64,000 nucleotides of DNA from Nitrospinales bacterium (GCA_965262115.1 OZ253496.1:32001-96000), one strand, 5' to 3'. Positions 25,061 through 40,058 are shown, counted from the stretch's first letter. Numbers and translations: made by a program. The notes: generated by a model from the sequence alone, not told the origin.

Positions 25061-28000
25061 TAGAGTAATAGATGTGAATATAATCAGTTTGCTTTGTGAA
25101 TGCAAAGCAAACCATTCATCATAATAGGATCTAGCTGAGCTCGAGACATACAATTATACAACCATCTCCAAATACAACACCCCAGCTTTACCACCAAAGA
25201 ATCATGTTTCACAACTGCATGCAAATTTATCCCTCCCCCTTCAATATATCATCCATTCCACTGGCTCTGGTTTAGGCAGCTAAGAAGCTGCCATATGGGT
25301 TTCTAAGATATGCATTTTGTTTTTCCATGCTCCATTTTAAAATAGGGGTCATCCAATATAATAAGAACAAATGCACTTCCTGATGGTTGCTAAGAGATTT
25401 TTGATTCCTTCTGTGATATCTGGGTCATATGTAGCCAGCAATTAGGCAGAAAAGGCAGTTACCTGATCTGGAATTAATTTTTTATTTTTATATATCACAT
25501 AGTCATCCATTTGCTGCTCCAATTGAGCCACTATCTGACAGAACTGGAAATGGAGATGGTATCTTTCTTCCAAGGATTCCACTGTTTTCTAGTGGTTTTC
25601 CCTGTTGAAGTGACTGCCATTTCCAGTTGATCTCATCTTCACTGCCAGGGAAGATAAATCTCACTAGCCAGACACTATAACAATTCACAGCATAGTGAAT
25701 CGGTAAATGATCTGGCTCCACAAGACCAGCCCCCCATGCTCTGGCTGCTTTACTGTAGCTGATTTCAGTAACATCTGTACAATCCAACAGACAGAGAGTT
25801 ATCTTGTATACCATAAACTCTGGTTGTTAGCATCCTGCTTCTAACTCCAACCTATAAGCAAGCATGAGCTTAACTGAAAATAAGTTCGTACTAACCTCCA
25901 TTGCTAAGTAATGCACTATTACTGAAAATTTAGATGCTTCTTTTAGATTACTGATGTAGAACAAAGGAGCTAGTCTCGCAAAGCAGTTGAAGAATGAACA
26001 AATTTCTCAAGTAAGACCTGGTCTTTTGAGCAAGGTTACGAAGGAGTGCGTCTCTAGAGGTGAAACTTTGGTAATGACATATTTCATTAATTAATAAGGA
26101 GCTAGCAATGGCCTCTCAAAGTATTACTTAGCAATTGACATTAGTCCTCAAAGTTTATTATCTATAGAATTATTTGGAGATCCTTAGTGGTAAAAAGCTT
26201 CTTTTAGTGAAGATGAGAACAATTATTGCGACAGATAGGCTCACTGTTGGCATCCTTCATGGGCACTGATGTACAATCATTGGTAGGTTGGAAAGTGTTT
26301 TAGAACTTCATAGCCATGAAGATGAGTTACATGTGCTTCAAGAAGACTGGGAAAAGGTGAGAAACAGGAAGCCTGTCATGAAACTATGGACAATTGTAGC
26401 CATGGTTATACTAGTCCAGTTTTTCATCAGTGTTTTGTAAAATACATTGCCTTGACAGTAAATCTTATCATCACATGTGCAAAACTGATATCTTATTCAA
26501 TGACATAAAGACCAGTGCTTCACACCAAGATACCTTAATGATGCCTAACAAATATTGTTTGTAACAACAAAAAGATTGGTGCTTAAAAAAGCAACAGGAT
26601 TGGTGCTTAGCATCAATGTAAACTGTGTTTTTATACTGCCATTTAGAAATAAGAGTGCTTCCCACAGCTTTAAGATAAATTCACGTTTTAATGTTGTTTT
26701 ATTTTTGGCTGCTGGTTTAAAAGGATTCAAGGCATGCTGGTGGTATATTAAAATCACAGAAACTTCTTTGACCCTCTTAACACGGAGGATGCTATGTCCA
26801 ACAAAAATTCCTCTTGTATGGGGTGGACATATGGGGTGGACATATTGTTGAGTGGACATATATATGTCCATGAAGTACTTGCATAATTCTCCGTACAAAA
26901 ATAGTTCCTTCTTTGGTCATAACCTCGACCAGTGCAGCTGTTATAACTACAGTTGTCATTTGTAGCAATAGCTTTCCCACACAGTACTCAAGCGCTCTAT
27001 AAAAAGGTATATATATATATATAATATATATGTACAAGTAAGCTATGTCGCTAGTCCAAGTTGTGGCTAGTAGGAAATAGTTGAAATCAGGTAAGTTTTC
27101 ATCTGTGGACATTTTTCTTTGGATCAAGCCTAGACCAGTCCATCTACTAGAAAACGACTCTGTTCTGAAACTATAGTTTTTTCATGCACTTGATCACTCT
27201 ATTTATACAAGTAAATTCCATAGCTAGCCTATGCTGTGGCTCTGTAGGAACTTGTTAGCTAATGAAGTAAGCTATAATCTGTAGACTTCCTTCTTTGGAC
27301 CAAGCCTAGATCAATGCAGTATAAAGAGCTACAGCTATGGGTCATAGCTATAGGCTTAACACAGGCATTCAAGTGCTGTATTGAAATAGGGTATTCGTAC
27401 ACAGTATTGAAATATGTAGCATGGCAAGTGACCAAGATATATCAAAGCCTGATAAGGGTAGCTGTCTAGCGTTAATTACTACATAGTCTACTAGATCACT
27501 TACCACATGCATAGATAAATAGCTCAATAATACTCTTGATATAGCTAAAGCTTCACAATTACCCATAGTGAAAGCTTTAGCTAATCAGTGGCATAGGAAG
27601 ACGATTTTCCTTAAGGGCCCCCCCCAAGAAAATCAGGGGGAAAAGAACTTGCTCACATGAGGGTCAAAGTTGAAACAGAACTTACCACAATTGCCACATC
27701 ATGTGGAATAGCTACTGTGGCTATACCACTACCTGTTGGTTCTGTTGCTGATCTATTAATGTGTTTGATTTACTGCTGTTGCCTGAGGACTGTTGTTGAT
27801 GAATTGTTGTTTTTGATGATTGATTTCCTGAAGAAACAACAAATCAACTACAAAACAATATTTTTTTAATCTTAACCCCCAAATATATCAGATACCTTGG
27901 ACAACAAGCTAATACTGCAAGAGCCTTTCACAAACCTGACAAGCCTTGTTACTAGCATAGAGAAGGCCATCACTATCTGCTTTACTTACAATTGTGATTG

Positions 28001-29107
28001 GTCCAAATATCAGTTGCCAACAATAAAGTTCCATGACTCCAGGCATCACCAACAGCCTCCTCTGCACACTCTGTTGCTCAAGAAAGTGTCGTTTCCAAGG
28101 TTAGTTGCTCACTTATTTTTGAGATCATCAAAACTGGCAGACGGTCAATGTATTTGATAGTATCTTTCTTAGTTCCCAGGTATATACGGTAACTAAACTT
28201 GTAGACTAAATAGAGTATGAATCGAGCTTTTTACTATTTTTTGCTCATTGATGATCACAAAAAATGTTAAAAATCAGGAAAACCATCAGTTTTTCATCTA
28301 GAATTTCCTCCTTGGGGGGGGGGGGGGGGGGGGGGGAAGGAGAAGCTTGATCATATGAATTGTTTTCACAGCCTATGAATGTTATAATTTAGAGGTGGAA
28401 GCTGATACATTTCAGGGGTTAATAGAGTATTTTTAGCTAGGCAGAGACGTCTGGCTTGGTTGCTAAATTGGGACATAGGCGAAGCTTAGGGCGCTGTGAG
28501 AGGGGAGTTCCCCCTCCTGTGCAGAAGTGCAAGAGTTTGACATTTGATGTTAGTCTAGAAAAGCTCTCCGTCACTCTAACACTACTGTCATGTGGCTGTC
28601 AAAGCTGGAGTGCTTAGTGGAAAGGAAGAAATGTCCCCAGATATTACACACCTCACTATTTATTATTGAACTATCAACAGGAATTTTAGATATAACATCA
28701 GCGCAATAATCCTTTATTTAAGCTGTTAAAAGTTTTTATTATCTCATCAGCTGAGAGTTGTCCTTTTTGTTGCAGGTTGATCTATTGCCTTCCCTCCAAT
28801 GAACATTACCACACCCAGTCTGAGGCACAATCAAATCACTGTGAAGTCCATGTATCCATATATACTTGTGATCCTGAGACATACATGCCATGTATGGCAT
28901 GGACCAATTGGATTTGTTATTAGCGAGTGATGCTGTTCAACACAACCACTCTGCAGCTGGTTAATCTTAATGACCAACTACAGACTAATTGCCTAGAATT
29001 CTGCAGGTTCCACCATCAGCAACATCAATTTCTTCACAACTACTAGAAACCTATATGTGTATGTGTGTGGTGTGTATGTACATGATTCTTTGGTTCTTTG
29101 TCTTTAT

Positions 29108-29250
29108 GTTTAGCTGTGACTTAGCAGCTCAATGAGTCTGTATGTTGGTAGGTTGGATGGCCAGTTGGTGGTTTGGTCTGTAAAAATTTTGGAATGAGAA
29201 CATAGGACATTTAAAGAATGAGTGTCCTTGGATTTGAACAAAAAATTCCC
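29108..29250 (+). mobile_element. repeat family C fragment (HINE/SINE-like)
   Basis: tttagctgtgacttagcagctcaat hairpin, GTTG-type microsatellite, then aaattttggaatgagaacat...aagaatgag; related to 48975-49100 (-) and 49285-49370 (+). Confidence 0.6.
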
Positions 29251-29285
29251 TTTTTTCACTTTTGAGAAAAGGAAGGAAAAAAATA

Positions 29286-29357
29286 ATCATATGAGTGAAT
29301 AGAACTCAAGAACTTTGTGTTATTGTCTCAACGCTCTACCAACTGAGCCAACAGGCC
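29286..29357 (-). pseudogene. tRNA-derived sequence resembling tRNA-Ile(AAT); pseudogene or SINE head
   Basis: ggcctgttggctcagttggtagagcgttgagacaataacacaaagttcttgagttctattc: intact A-box/D-arm, AAT loop, degenerate T-loop and acceptor stem. Confidence 0.6.
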
Positions 29358-30079
29358 TACCAGCTTTTAAATTTCATTAATTATTCTGGACAAGATATAG
29401 TTTATGCTCACAAGTTATGTGATCCCAGCTATAACAAATTTGTGCTTGCTTATGTATATTAGTGCATACACATGTTGGAGAAAGGTCAAGTTTTGAGAGG
29501 AATGTAGTAGCAGTTGTTCATCGGTTCTTAAAACATAAATGTCACATCTACCGCTGCAAACTCAGACTTTGTACACAAATAAAATTATAAAATACTAGCA
29601 GAAGAACCTGCACCTCGTTAGGAGATATTGAAAATTGGGCATGGCACACTACCATCAATGTAGATTGCCCTGAAAATTTGTATTGGTGGTGTTGTACAAG
29701 TTGTAGCAATTGATATGCACTTATACATCGTTGATAATCATGTAAGTTTATTGTGGTTTTGCTTTGTTGGACTAAGGTTGGACTAGTAGCTGTCTAATAA
29801 GCAAGCTGTTTTAGTAATGAGTGTTGGTAGTCAATATTTGGTAGTCAGAATGCATGGCCAAATAAAATGGCCGACATTCCCAACTGCCACTTTTAGGTGA
29901 TGGTGGCTTCTTGTGACTTCGAAGGCCAATGACACCTAGTCTACATCCATCTTATGTGTTGAGCTGACTACCATGAATTTTTTAGGAAAGTCTAGACCTG
30001 GTGACAATGCACTCTGAAATTTCTCCTTAAAATTACAGATGCCTAAACTTCCAGTTGTTGTGGGAGCAATAAAAAAATT

Positions 30080-30308
30080 AATGGCTGACGATCACAACTG
30101 CCATCATAGACCGTCTTTTCCTGAATATCTTTACTCTTGAGAAAGAAAGTGCTCCTGGATGGATTTCTTTGCAGTAAATTTTGTTCTAGACCAGGTGCTA
30201 TATTGAAAATTCTGTTTGCTTATCTCAATGAAGCTTTTTCTTGGTACCAAACTGTATTTGTATTTTAATGATATGAGCATATTGAAAAGTTTATCCTCGA
30301 AAAAAATT
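30080..30308 (+). repeat. dispersed repeat family B, copy 3 (internally deleted)
   Basis: atggctgacgatcacaactgccatcata...tttgcttatctcaatgaag...taccaaactg...gaaaagtttatcctcgaaaaa. Confidence 0.65.
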
Positions 30309-31089
30309 ATAGCTATAAATATTATAGTTGTAAATCAAAACAAAAATTAAGTTGTGGTTAAACAGTTAATGGATTTACATGTACACCAGTGATGCTGTTC
30401 AGGGTTCTCCTGCTCTTTCTCCATTTATTTTCTAGGCATTATTTTTGCTGGATTTATATCACCATGTTACTTCTCTGGGAGTTCCTGCTCACCCTCTTTT
30501 TCTACAACAGTGTAAACAATGTTGTTGTTTTGCTCTCAGGCTTCTCTTGTTTCTCCAGCTAATGTGAATAGCATATCATTGGTACATGCACAGTGAGTCT
30601 TTGTTGTTCTACAAATGTCTCTAATACTATGCTAGGGAAAGTATGTTACTTCTCAAGGAGTCCACTATCACTCCTTTTTTAAATGGCAGACAACAACCTC
30701 CCATCCCCCCCAAAAGAACAACAAACAAACAACAATATTAACATTTCATAGTTCATAGGTCTGTGGCTTGCACTTCTGTCCACTAGAGTGATATAGCAGA
30801 AGATGGACCTTCCCATACTGCAGAACCATCAATGATGCAGCATACAAACCAAGGGTGGGTGAGTATGCAGAGACACATTCTAACTGGGAGGTAGGGAGAT
30901 ACACTGAAGACAGATAAGTACCTGATCTAACAAACCACTTAGAACCTGCTTACTTCTTATGGAACATGCCCTTCAATCCATTCACTAATTACAGGCACCA
31001 CATGGTGCTCGGCTTCTAAAAAAAATCTTAAAAATCCACCTGTTTCCACTTTAGAAATAAAACACTGGAAACAAGGTAAAAAAATGCAC

Positions 31090-31648
31090 GATTCTATTGA
31101 CGATCTTTGGTAAAGAATTTCAAAAAATATAAGGAAGAACCAACCCAGTCATGCTATACTTACTCCTCCCAAGGCAGATCAGCTGAATAACAGTATCTTG
31201 ACCACCTGAATGGAAACCTGGGCCACAGTTCTTGTCAGAAGAAGAACTGTGCAACTCATACAGAGAGAAACTGGCATGAGAGGTGTATCATTTGCTCTTA
31301 CTGCAAAGTGCACCTTTGTGTGCTGGAGGAGAGGATCGTTTTTGAATATTTTACAACCTTATTCATTGGAAAAGCGACTGACCTCCAGAAAATTTTGAAC
31401 TTTAGTTTTGTTGCATCTGGTTGTTTAGTGTGTCTTATTACATGTCATATGTTTTTCTCTGTCCTCTCTGCATGCAATATGTATTGTGTAGTGTGACATT
31501 TTTTACTAGTCACACATCCATATTGTGACAATAGTAACACCAATATATTATTACAGCTTCTTAAATAGTGATTTCAGCCACTATTAGGCTTCCAGCGTGC
31601 CTTGAATCATTGACTCCAAATGTTACAATGCATGTCGGAAAGGATTAT
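31090..31648 (+). mobile_element. piggyBac-like transposon 3' remnant
   Basis: GNLGHSSCQKKNCATH...CIICSYCKVHLCVLEER resembles the piggyBac C-terminal Cys-rich domain; degenerate ggaaagg(g)tta(a) end near 31640. Confidence 0.55.
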
Positions 31649-34294
31649 TTAGCCAGGCTTCTATCTAGACTTTTCAATTAGGGGAGGGATTTGTTTTAGT
31701 GAGTGGGCAACTGTCAGAAGCAAAGCAAACATATTTGCTGTAAATTACATGTGGGGAATCACCCTCTACTTTTTGTAGGAAATGGGGTCATTTCATATTT
31801 ATGGGCATCCCTAAGTTTCATACTGATCTGGTGTGTGAGGTCCTGCTGCAATTAAATATTAATCATGGAGCAGGACACCTATCTAGTTGGTAGCTACAAA
31901 TGACTGACATGATTGGTATATCCCATATTTGCAATATATGTCTTGAGATCATAGGTCACCATGGAAATGAACCACTCCACATCAACATGATCATACCACA
32001 CATTGGTTGGATGTAGTCAGTTTCATTTGAAAGATGTGAAAAAAATTATCAGCACAAAAGTAAGAAGTAAAAAGTTATGGTGATTAGAGTGATACAACTT
32101 TTTTGGTGTGTTTTGTGGTTTTGACGTATAATCTCCCTTTTAAACATGTACAATTTTCACAGGAATATATTTGTGTGTGTGTTCCAAAAATACTCATTTA
32201 CCAAGTGAATATCACCCTTAGAAAATGCCTCATATTCCCCACTTAAATAATGTCCTCCATAAAAACATCCCCATCCACTAATCTACTGCCATCGTATGAT
32301 TTCTAGGATTTAGTATTTCTGTAAATATATATGGTCAGTATTTGCATATTAACCAACCATATAAGTTTAGAGAAAGCTGCTTGCAATGTGTATATTGCTT
32401 GATACAGAGTTCCGAATAGGGGGATGCAAATGACTGTGTAGCAGGCTTGAGCCCTGCAAGGGGGTCCAAAGGCATGCTCCCACTGAAAATTAGTCTTCTA
32501 CTATTCTGACACAATCTGGAGCAAATATCATTCACATAACATACTGTCATGCAAAACTGTGTCCACACATGGAAAAAAACTGGTTCTCCTGCCAAGATAA
32601 TTTTTTGAAATACAGGTTTGTCATACAAATTCACCATGTAATTATTCTGGAAAACTATTTGCCATATAAAATAGACATGAGCAACCCTCCAAAAGATGGC
32701 ATGGTGAGGGATATGAGAAGTAAACATGGTGTTTTCACACAGATGGGAAGACAAGGGTAGATATCTTGGCATACACAATAGTTCTGAAAGGAAAACATAC
32801 CCTACTTGACAACAGTAGCAATGTTAATTCTCATTTATCATCCTTTGTTCATTGGTGATGTGCATCTGAGGAAGTTGATCACCTGGGATTATCCTATTAA
32901 GGAAGTGATCATTGCTCGTGCCCCTCGGCAGTGCCCTATAAAAATATTCATTATTAATATTGTTACTGTGACCACATGTACAATTTATTTGGAAAAGGCC
33001 ATAAGTCAGAGAGCATACATAGCAAATGAAAGCCAAAATGGTAAGTATTGCATTGGTGTCAATTGTTGTAATGAGATTCCTAAAGTAATAATCCCACAAA
33101 GTCTAGACCTTATGTAACATACACCCAAAGTTGGAAGTTAGTCTAATTTTGAGATGGGCCACCACAGAGCACTGGTGGGAGTTCTTTCTGTTGGTTCAGT
33201 TGGTGGAAACTGATGGTGATTAAGCAAAAGCTGCAAGTAACCAATCTTGCTGCAACTCTAGAGAGTGCTGCAACTCTAGAGAGGGGACCAGCAAAGAACA
33301 CTGTGATCAGCAACATGAGTGATAAAATTAACAAAGTCAGACAGAGGTCACTCGATTTTTTTTTACTAAATGCCAAGTAAAATAGTGTTATCTCAGCATT
33401 TAAGCTCGCCTTAAATATACAGCTAGCATGTGAAAGGCTTCTCCCTCTGCCACAAAAAACTGAGAGAATGGCAAGGTGAGACAAAATGAAAACCTGTCCA
33501 GCCTCCTCATACTTAGGTAAACTGTAAGCCATCTGGTCCCAAATCATACTTTCTTACAATGTAATCCAACCTTGCATCTCACTACCACACCATATTCCTT
33601 TCTGTGTTAAGCGGTATAATATAGCCAGTTGCACATCAGGAAATTCTCAGGAGGTTCCACAAAACACATTACTATTTGCATCATACAAGCATTTGACGTG
33701 TATTACCAGTAACAATCGTAGCTCCACATCCATGAAAATCACATGTCACTATTCTTATGGTTATTGCATAGCCTCTTCTGACTGATATCTTATTCGGTAC
33801 TAAAGAGAGAGGGAGCTAGATAGCATGTTTCCAGCTGCACTATCAGCCACTGTTTATATTGGTGCCAATATTGTTTGATGTTCAGGGAGGATAAGTGCCA
33901 GTTGTTTGCTCGGCCAAGTTTTACTAAACTAGAGATGCAGAAACATTGAGCAGTATCCACCCTTTGTAAAACCATTACTTTACCTTGACCAATCGCTACT
34001 CTATCAAGAGTGGTAAAGTGTCTGGCTACGGATAGATGCAAGGCAGTTCACAATGCATGAAACACAGATGGAGGACAATGCAATGCAAAAGATATTGCAT
34101 TGCATTGGACCAAATGACATGAACTCCACCATCCAGTAAATGCGTTTTTAATACAAAAAAATAAAGTGATAATAGGCAAGCAAGCACCATGCCTGATCAC
34201 AAATGCCAGACACACAGCCTTAAAGATATCAACCTTTGTTTCACACACCCACTGCCCTGGTTAATTGTGTAAAGTAGGCCAGCCCTTGCCAGTA

Positions 34295-36484
34295 ATAATC
34301 TATGATTATATTCTTAAAAAATCTCCTATATTTTCTCAAATTCTACTGCATCAATTTCAGGCCCTTGATATCCTCCTGAGCTGAGCTACACTACAGTCTG
34401 ATAGGTGACTGGGTAGCCTTGTTCTTATTATTTTTAAATGACTAAATGATCATTCCACCAAGGCTGTGTTATTGGAAGCACCAGGAAAAAAGCATAACTT
34501 GTTCCATGGTGTCTTTTATGTCGTGCAAAAATGGAGTACTGGTGTTTTTTCCCCATCATAACCCTTTTCTCTTGGCAAACAGCTCTCTTAAAAACTTACC
34601 ATTCTCCTAGCAATTCTTCTTTCTTGATAATAGCAAGAGAAGAGTATGTAGTCCTTCAAATATTACTCTGCTTTTTCTCCAGAGAAGTTAGCCAAGGTTG
34701 ACAGCTTAGAGTTACCATAAGTTCTGAGAAGTGTCTCATCACAAGGAAGAAGAGCTGGGTTGAATACTGAGATTGAGACAACAAGCTTGACTACCTCGCT
34801 TGAGAAGCAGCTGTTAATGTTTGCTATCAATGTATCAAGGAGAGGTAATAGCCAATTGTACTCGAAACTGTTGAACTGACAACTAAGGTGATTTCCATAT
34901 GTTGGTCCCCTACTACCTTTGATTGTTATTCCATGCTCAGTTTCTAAGTTCGATATGGCTGTCTCTACTGCAGTACACCAACTGGCATCACTCTCCCTGA
35001 TGGTATTAATATGATCAAGTGTACTCTTGAGCATAAAGGTAAGCTTACTGAAGTCAGCATCTTCTTCTGCATGAACAAGTTTAAGAGAGCAAGGGCACTG
35101 AGAACTTCTGATAGGAGATAACTGCTTGATACACCATTAACACTAGCCAAAAGGGAGTGTATCATATGCCTCAGCATCTCCAGATGACTCGTATAGTGAA
35201 AGGGTTTGCAACAATGAGGCAATTCCTTGCAACTTGCCTTAACACAATGCTCATGTGACAGCCACATAATGTCACTAGGCTTCATGATCTTTAGCTTGGA
35301 AAAACCAAGAACAGCCTGGATGCCCTTGATTGCCTCAAAGTTTTCGGGGGAATAATAAAACAACTTCCAAACGCTGGTCGTGGTTCCAAAAAACGTCTGT
35401 ATCTCCTTCACTGATGCAGCTTCCTGGATTGAAGCAAGCTCTAACCTGTAACAAGAACAGTAGATGTAGATTGCATGAGCCGAGGTGGTCTGAATTTGCT
35501 TATGAACTCCTCTTGTTTTCTAGCAAATTAAGCAGCACCATCATATCCTTCACCAATCAAGTTTCTTGGATCAAGTTGCTTCTGCTGTAAGAAGGATTAT
35601 AAAGCTTCTGCAATAGTACTGGCATCTCTAGAATGGACATGAAGTACCATTAAGAAGTGCTCCTCTGGTTTTCCATTAACTAACCATCTGCCACAGATGG
35701 ATAGCTCTTCTTGAGTACTGATGTCCTGGCACTCATCTGTTAAGATGGAAAAGTAGGGACTCTCTTGGAGGCTACATATAAGCTTTCTTTCGATCCAAAT
35801 ATCAATTGCTTCAATCAACAACCTAGCACTGAATCGTGATGTGTACTGAGTATTAGATGATCCATCACTAAGATGCTTTTCAAGCAATTCATCGCCATTA
35901 AGCATTTGGAGCTCAATTAACTCCTTGTGGTTGAGTGTGGAACGATTCTTAGCCAAGAAGTATATGGATCTCATCAATTTAAGAATAATCTCACGATTCT
36001 TTTTCTTTTGCTGTTCAGCTTGTTTAGCAGCACCTGCACATTGCATTTCAATGACATTCTGCTGCTCTACATGCTTAGCCATTCGTGCAGTGATTGATGA
36101 GTCTTGGTGCCATTTAGATCCACTATGCTGTTTCAGTAGTTCTGTGGTATGGTTCCAATCAATAATTACCCTTGTCGTCCACACACCATTTGCGCTTGGA
36201 GGCGGCTTTCCACATTTCTTACAAAGAGTACAAATCATGCCAACTTTAGGATCTTCACACTGAACCCAAGGATAAACTTTCTCCCAAACTTTCTTGTAGC
36301 TTAGCTTTTTTTTGTAACATTTCTTCTTATATTATACCGATAATTTATTAGAGACGGGGCATGTCATGACTGTCTTGCTCTTGTCTACACGACAGAGTAA
36401 TTCCTTTGTATCAGACTCTTCACCACTAGATTTATCTGACTGTTCCTTCTGAGTTCTCTTTCCTAAATACTTTCTGATATCCAT
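34295..36484 (-). mobile_element. hAT transposase pseudogene (ZNF862-like)
   Basis: ATG at 36484 (MDIRKYLGKR); TTF-type zinc finger (MICTLCKK...LKQHSGSKWH), FSILTDECQDISTQEELSICGRW, KPSDIMWLSHE, C-terminal dimerisation remnant (GPEIDAVEF); stops and frameshifts. Confidence 0.93.
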
Positions 36485-39420
36485 TACATTCTGCTCACAA
36501 TTAGCTGAGAAAGAGTAGCATAAAATTCATTGGTGGAAGTGTAGGTTCCATAGCTTAGTAATGATTACAAAATACAAGCAACTCTAAAGTCAGGTACTAC
36601 AGGTACTACAGTGCACTTATATTTAATCAAACAACTAACAATGACTATTGTTCTGAAACAATAGACTTTTGATGTCCAGCCAGATCAGGCACTACATGTG
36701 TTAAGATATGATGAGGTGATGACCAGTGGTACAGCATAAGTAGGAAAAAATTGGAACTTTGTCTGTGTATGTGTTCTTTTTGTGCGATGTATTTCCGGTA
36801 ACACATGTGGGTGAGTTAACACACCTAAGACCACTGCACACCCAAATGTTCCAAGTAGAAAAACATTAATTCAGTAGGATGCTACATGCACTCCCACCAT
36901 GCTCTTTTGCCCATGCTAGTAATTCCAAAACCATAAAGAAAACTCCAACCTTCGCTCACCCCAGTGTGGCTTTTCACTCATTAAACCCCCTATGACTCAA
37001 GATCAAGGAGAAGGTAAGGTGAAAATACATACAATAAACCTGGTAGCAGCCGGCTCTCCTCTTACAGACATGGGATTTGTTTGAGTATTCTGCTCAATAC
37101 AGTGGGGCATCCGTAACACTTTTGCTTTCCTTGACTATTCCCTTCCTTCCAGGTGGGAAAAAAATTCCATGGGATTTTGGTCAATTCCGTGGTGCACATG
37201 GGATAGGGTTGGGACTCACAGAGATCAGTGGTACTTGAGTCCTCTGCACACTAGATAAAGTGTTGTGCTAAACTATAATAAAGACCGATAAATCCCCCCC
37301 CCCCCCTGACAAAAATGTCTGCATACATCCCCGACTAGTATATATAAGTAGGAATGATTAAGCATCATCGAACAGTTATGGTATAACCGTCCCACATCCA
37401 AAATATTTTTCCGAGCATGAAATGCCAAATGGGTACACCGGTACCCTAGCGATAGTTTTACATTTATCAGCACTAAAAGACAATATTGGCTTTAAAAATG
37501 TAATTTATCATTTCCTCCCTTTCGACATGCGCTTCTGCCCTTTTTGCGGTGTTATAGCGATACAAATATCAACATGATACAGCTAATTAATAGTCCCCTT
37601 TAGTATCATACCTATCTTGGTTCACCCTAAATGAAAATTCAGCTTAGATCCAGCCCTAGGGATCTGGTTCATAATTTTTTTCATACAAGTTTTCACACAC
37701 ACACACACAGAGACACGCTCTCACACTAACACACATGCAGGTCTGATTTTGAAAAATAATTCTTCCTATAAAATGCGCGAAAGTGTACGGGGGTACAGGT
37801 GTATTTTATTGCAATAGTATATGTTGCAATAGTATATGTATTCAAAAAGAACAAACAGAAACCATTTTACAGGTAAAAGATGTGCAACATACTAATTTGT
37901 AAACATGAGAGAGGAATAGTTTGAAACAGATTTGTTTGATGCATAGGGATATCATCACATATGTTTAGAGAATGTCTTTACCTCTTTATGCCTTCCGAAG
38001 GTTAAATGGATTTAGCCTTGTTCTTTTATGACAGGTCAATCCAATAGAGTATTTTTTTAATTAAAAACATTTTTTGTTCTTTGTGTGCTGTACGTTAAAT
38101 ACCAGAGAGTATATGGAAGATTTTACAGACTCGACTACAGATGCCCAAATTGGTTTGTGGCTTGCAAAACCACGTAGCTGTGATGTAGCGTTTTTAATTT
38201 TTTGTTATGTGAAGCATTCCTGAGTTATGGTGATTAGAAGAGGTGGGGTCACAGGTATTGCGTGGGCACTTTCATAAATCATCTTAAAGCACACACAATA
38301 AGCAACAAGTTGGTATCAAAAGTATCAGCACAGAAGAAAGGGGGGAAAAATTATGACAGCTAAAAATATGTGTTTAAATTTCGGTGGTTTCGGGCTTAGT
38401 CCCTCCTTAAAAAGGATATGATCAACCTGGAGATTTCAAGAAGACTCGCACGCATCAACTGGGAATGCAACAGATTTGGAAATATTTGTCAATGAAGAAG
38501 GAAATTGTTACAGATTCGAAGACCAAAAAATGAAAACCTGAATACACAAGAAAACTGTGTAGTTAAAAGCTGTTAGGGAAAGATTGTGGAATTTTTAATC
38601 CCCAAAACTTCACAATTCATATGCATGTTCCTCCATACTCTGGCATTGGAGGTGATGCAAGTTATTTCTGGTACAGGAACTATTATCAATCTTGGTAGTA
38701 TCCCAATTACTTGCATGTGTCTTATTGCTCTCTTTCTAGGACAGCAAGATGACTGGCTACATAGTTAACATATATAGAAAGCACTCATAGAAAGGTTAAC
38801 TGATGCATTTAGTAGAGGAGGGTAGTGCTAATAATGGAGAGCATAATGTAAGCAATATACAGTGTCAAGAATGCAAACAACCTCTAACAAGTTTGTGTCA
38901 GCTTCTAATGGTATTCCCTTTATTACTCTGACAATTTCTGCAGAAAGGACTGGTGATGACCTCATTCTTATTATGGTGTGCTTCTCATCTTCAAGGGAAG
39001 CAGCTTCAAAGTAGCTACTATTAACAAAACTCCTTACTTCCTCTTGCACATTTCCATTTCACAATTTGTCACATGTAGGAATATATAGCATACAATTCTT
39101 GGCTACTTCACCATATCACAATCCAACTATTACATCATGGCATCTAAATGTACAGATCAGTAATGTATTAGCTAGGGCTAGACTAGAATGTGGAGCAATA
39201 CAATAAACCAATGCTAGGATTTTAAATTCTGTCCGATAGGGAATCATGCTAAAATAATCAAGCTAATATATTCCTTCACCTTTGCCCTCTTGTCTCTCTC
39301 TCTCTTGCACCTTCACTTGTCACTCACCTTGCATTCACTACTAGTAAGTTTGACCCTTATTTCAAAATGGCGATACAGCTAAAGCAACTTCTTAGTATCT
39401 TAAATGGTGATTTTGGAGAT

Positions 39421-40058
39421 AAATCCAGAAACAAGCCTCTTGCACCTATAAAAATCATGTGCATTTTTTAATTTTGCAAGGGAGATTTGGCAAAAATTCC
39501 CATTTCACATACTTTTTCTTCCTATTTTTTTCCTTATTTCCTCCTCCTCTTCTTTTTCAATATTTTATTAATCAAATTATGAAAATTTGTTGAAAATGAA
39601 ATCAATAATATGAATGGAATAATTAAGTTCATTGTAAAAAAAAAAGATTGTATCTTTTTTACTGGGAATGTCCTCTGTCTGACAGGACTTCCTCCTCTCT
39701 CTTATGGTGGCATTGCAGCTGAATAAAAAGTAGGAAACCAACTGTTTCAAGTAGCCCAGTGTTTTTGAAACCTTTACTCAAGTGTTATTAGCTACAAATC
39801 TTGTACATATTGCAGATGTAGACAACAAATTATTTCTCCTTAAATAACTAATCCATATCATCCACTGATCCAATGCTGGAGCAATACTTGCCAGAGTGGA
39901 TGAAGCCATCAGATCCGCAGAACCAAAGACCAAACAAAATAGGAAAAAAAGATCCCACCAAGACGTTCGCACAATTTTGACGATTACGCCAAATCTCACT
40001 CGCAATATAAAAAATTGCTGATGATTTTTAGAATTGCAAGAGGCTTGTTTCCAGATTG
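39421..40058. mobile_element. MITE with ~75-bp imperfect TIRs
   Basis: aatccagaaacaagcctcttgca...gagatttggc (39422-39490) versus the reverse complement of gccaaatctc...tgcaagaggcttgtttccagatt (39988-40057). Confidence 0.75.

Noticed and set aside
27686..28160. Exon-like segments with good splice sites on the minus strand
   Set aside because: The frames I translated contain stops and no family motif was recognised
28314..28337. Poly-G run as a functional G-quadruplex
   Set aside because: Homopolymer of a kind common near MITE ends; length is unreliable
29286..29357. Functional tRNA-Ile gene
   Set aside because: T-loop (gttctatt) and acceptor/anticodon stems are mismatched; kept only as a pseudogene
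33500..33720. MULE transposase remnant (FPDVQL...GIWC)
   Set aside because: The key CxxH and acidic motifs are not preserved; insufficient support
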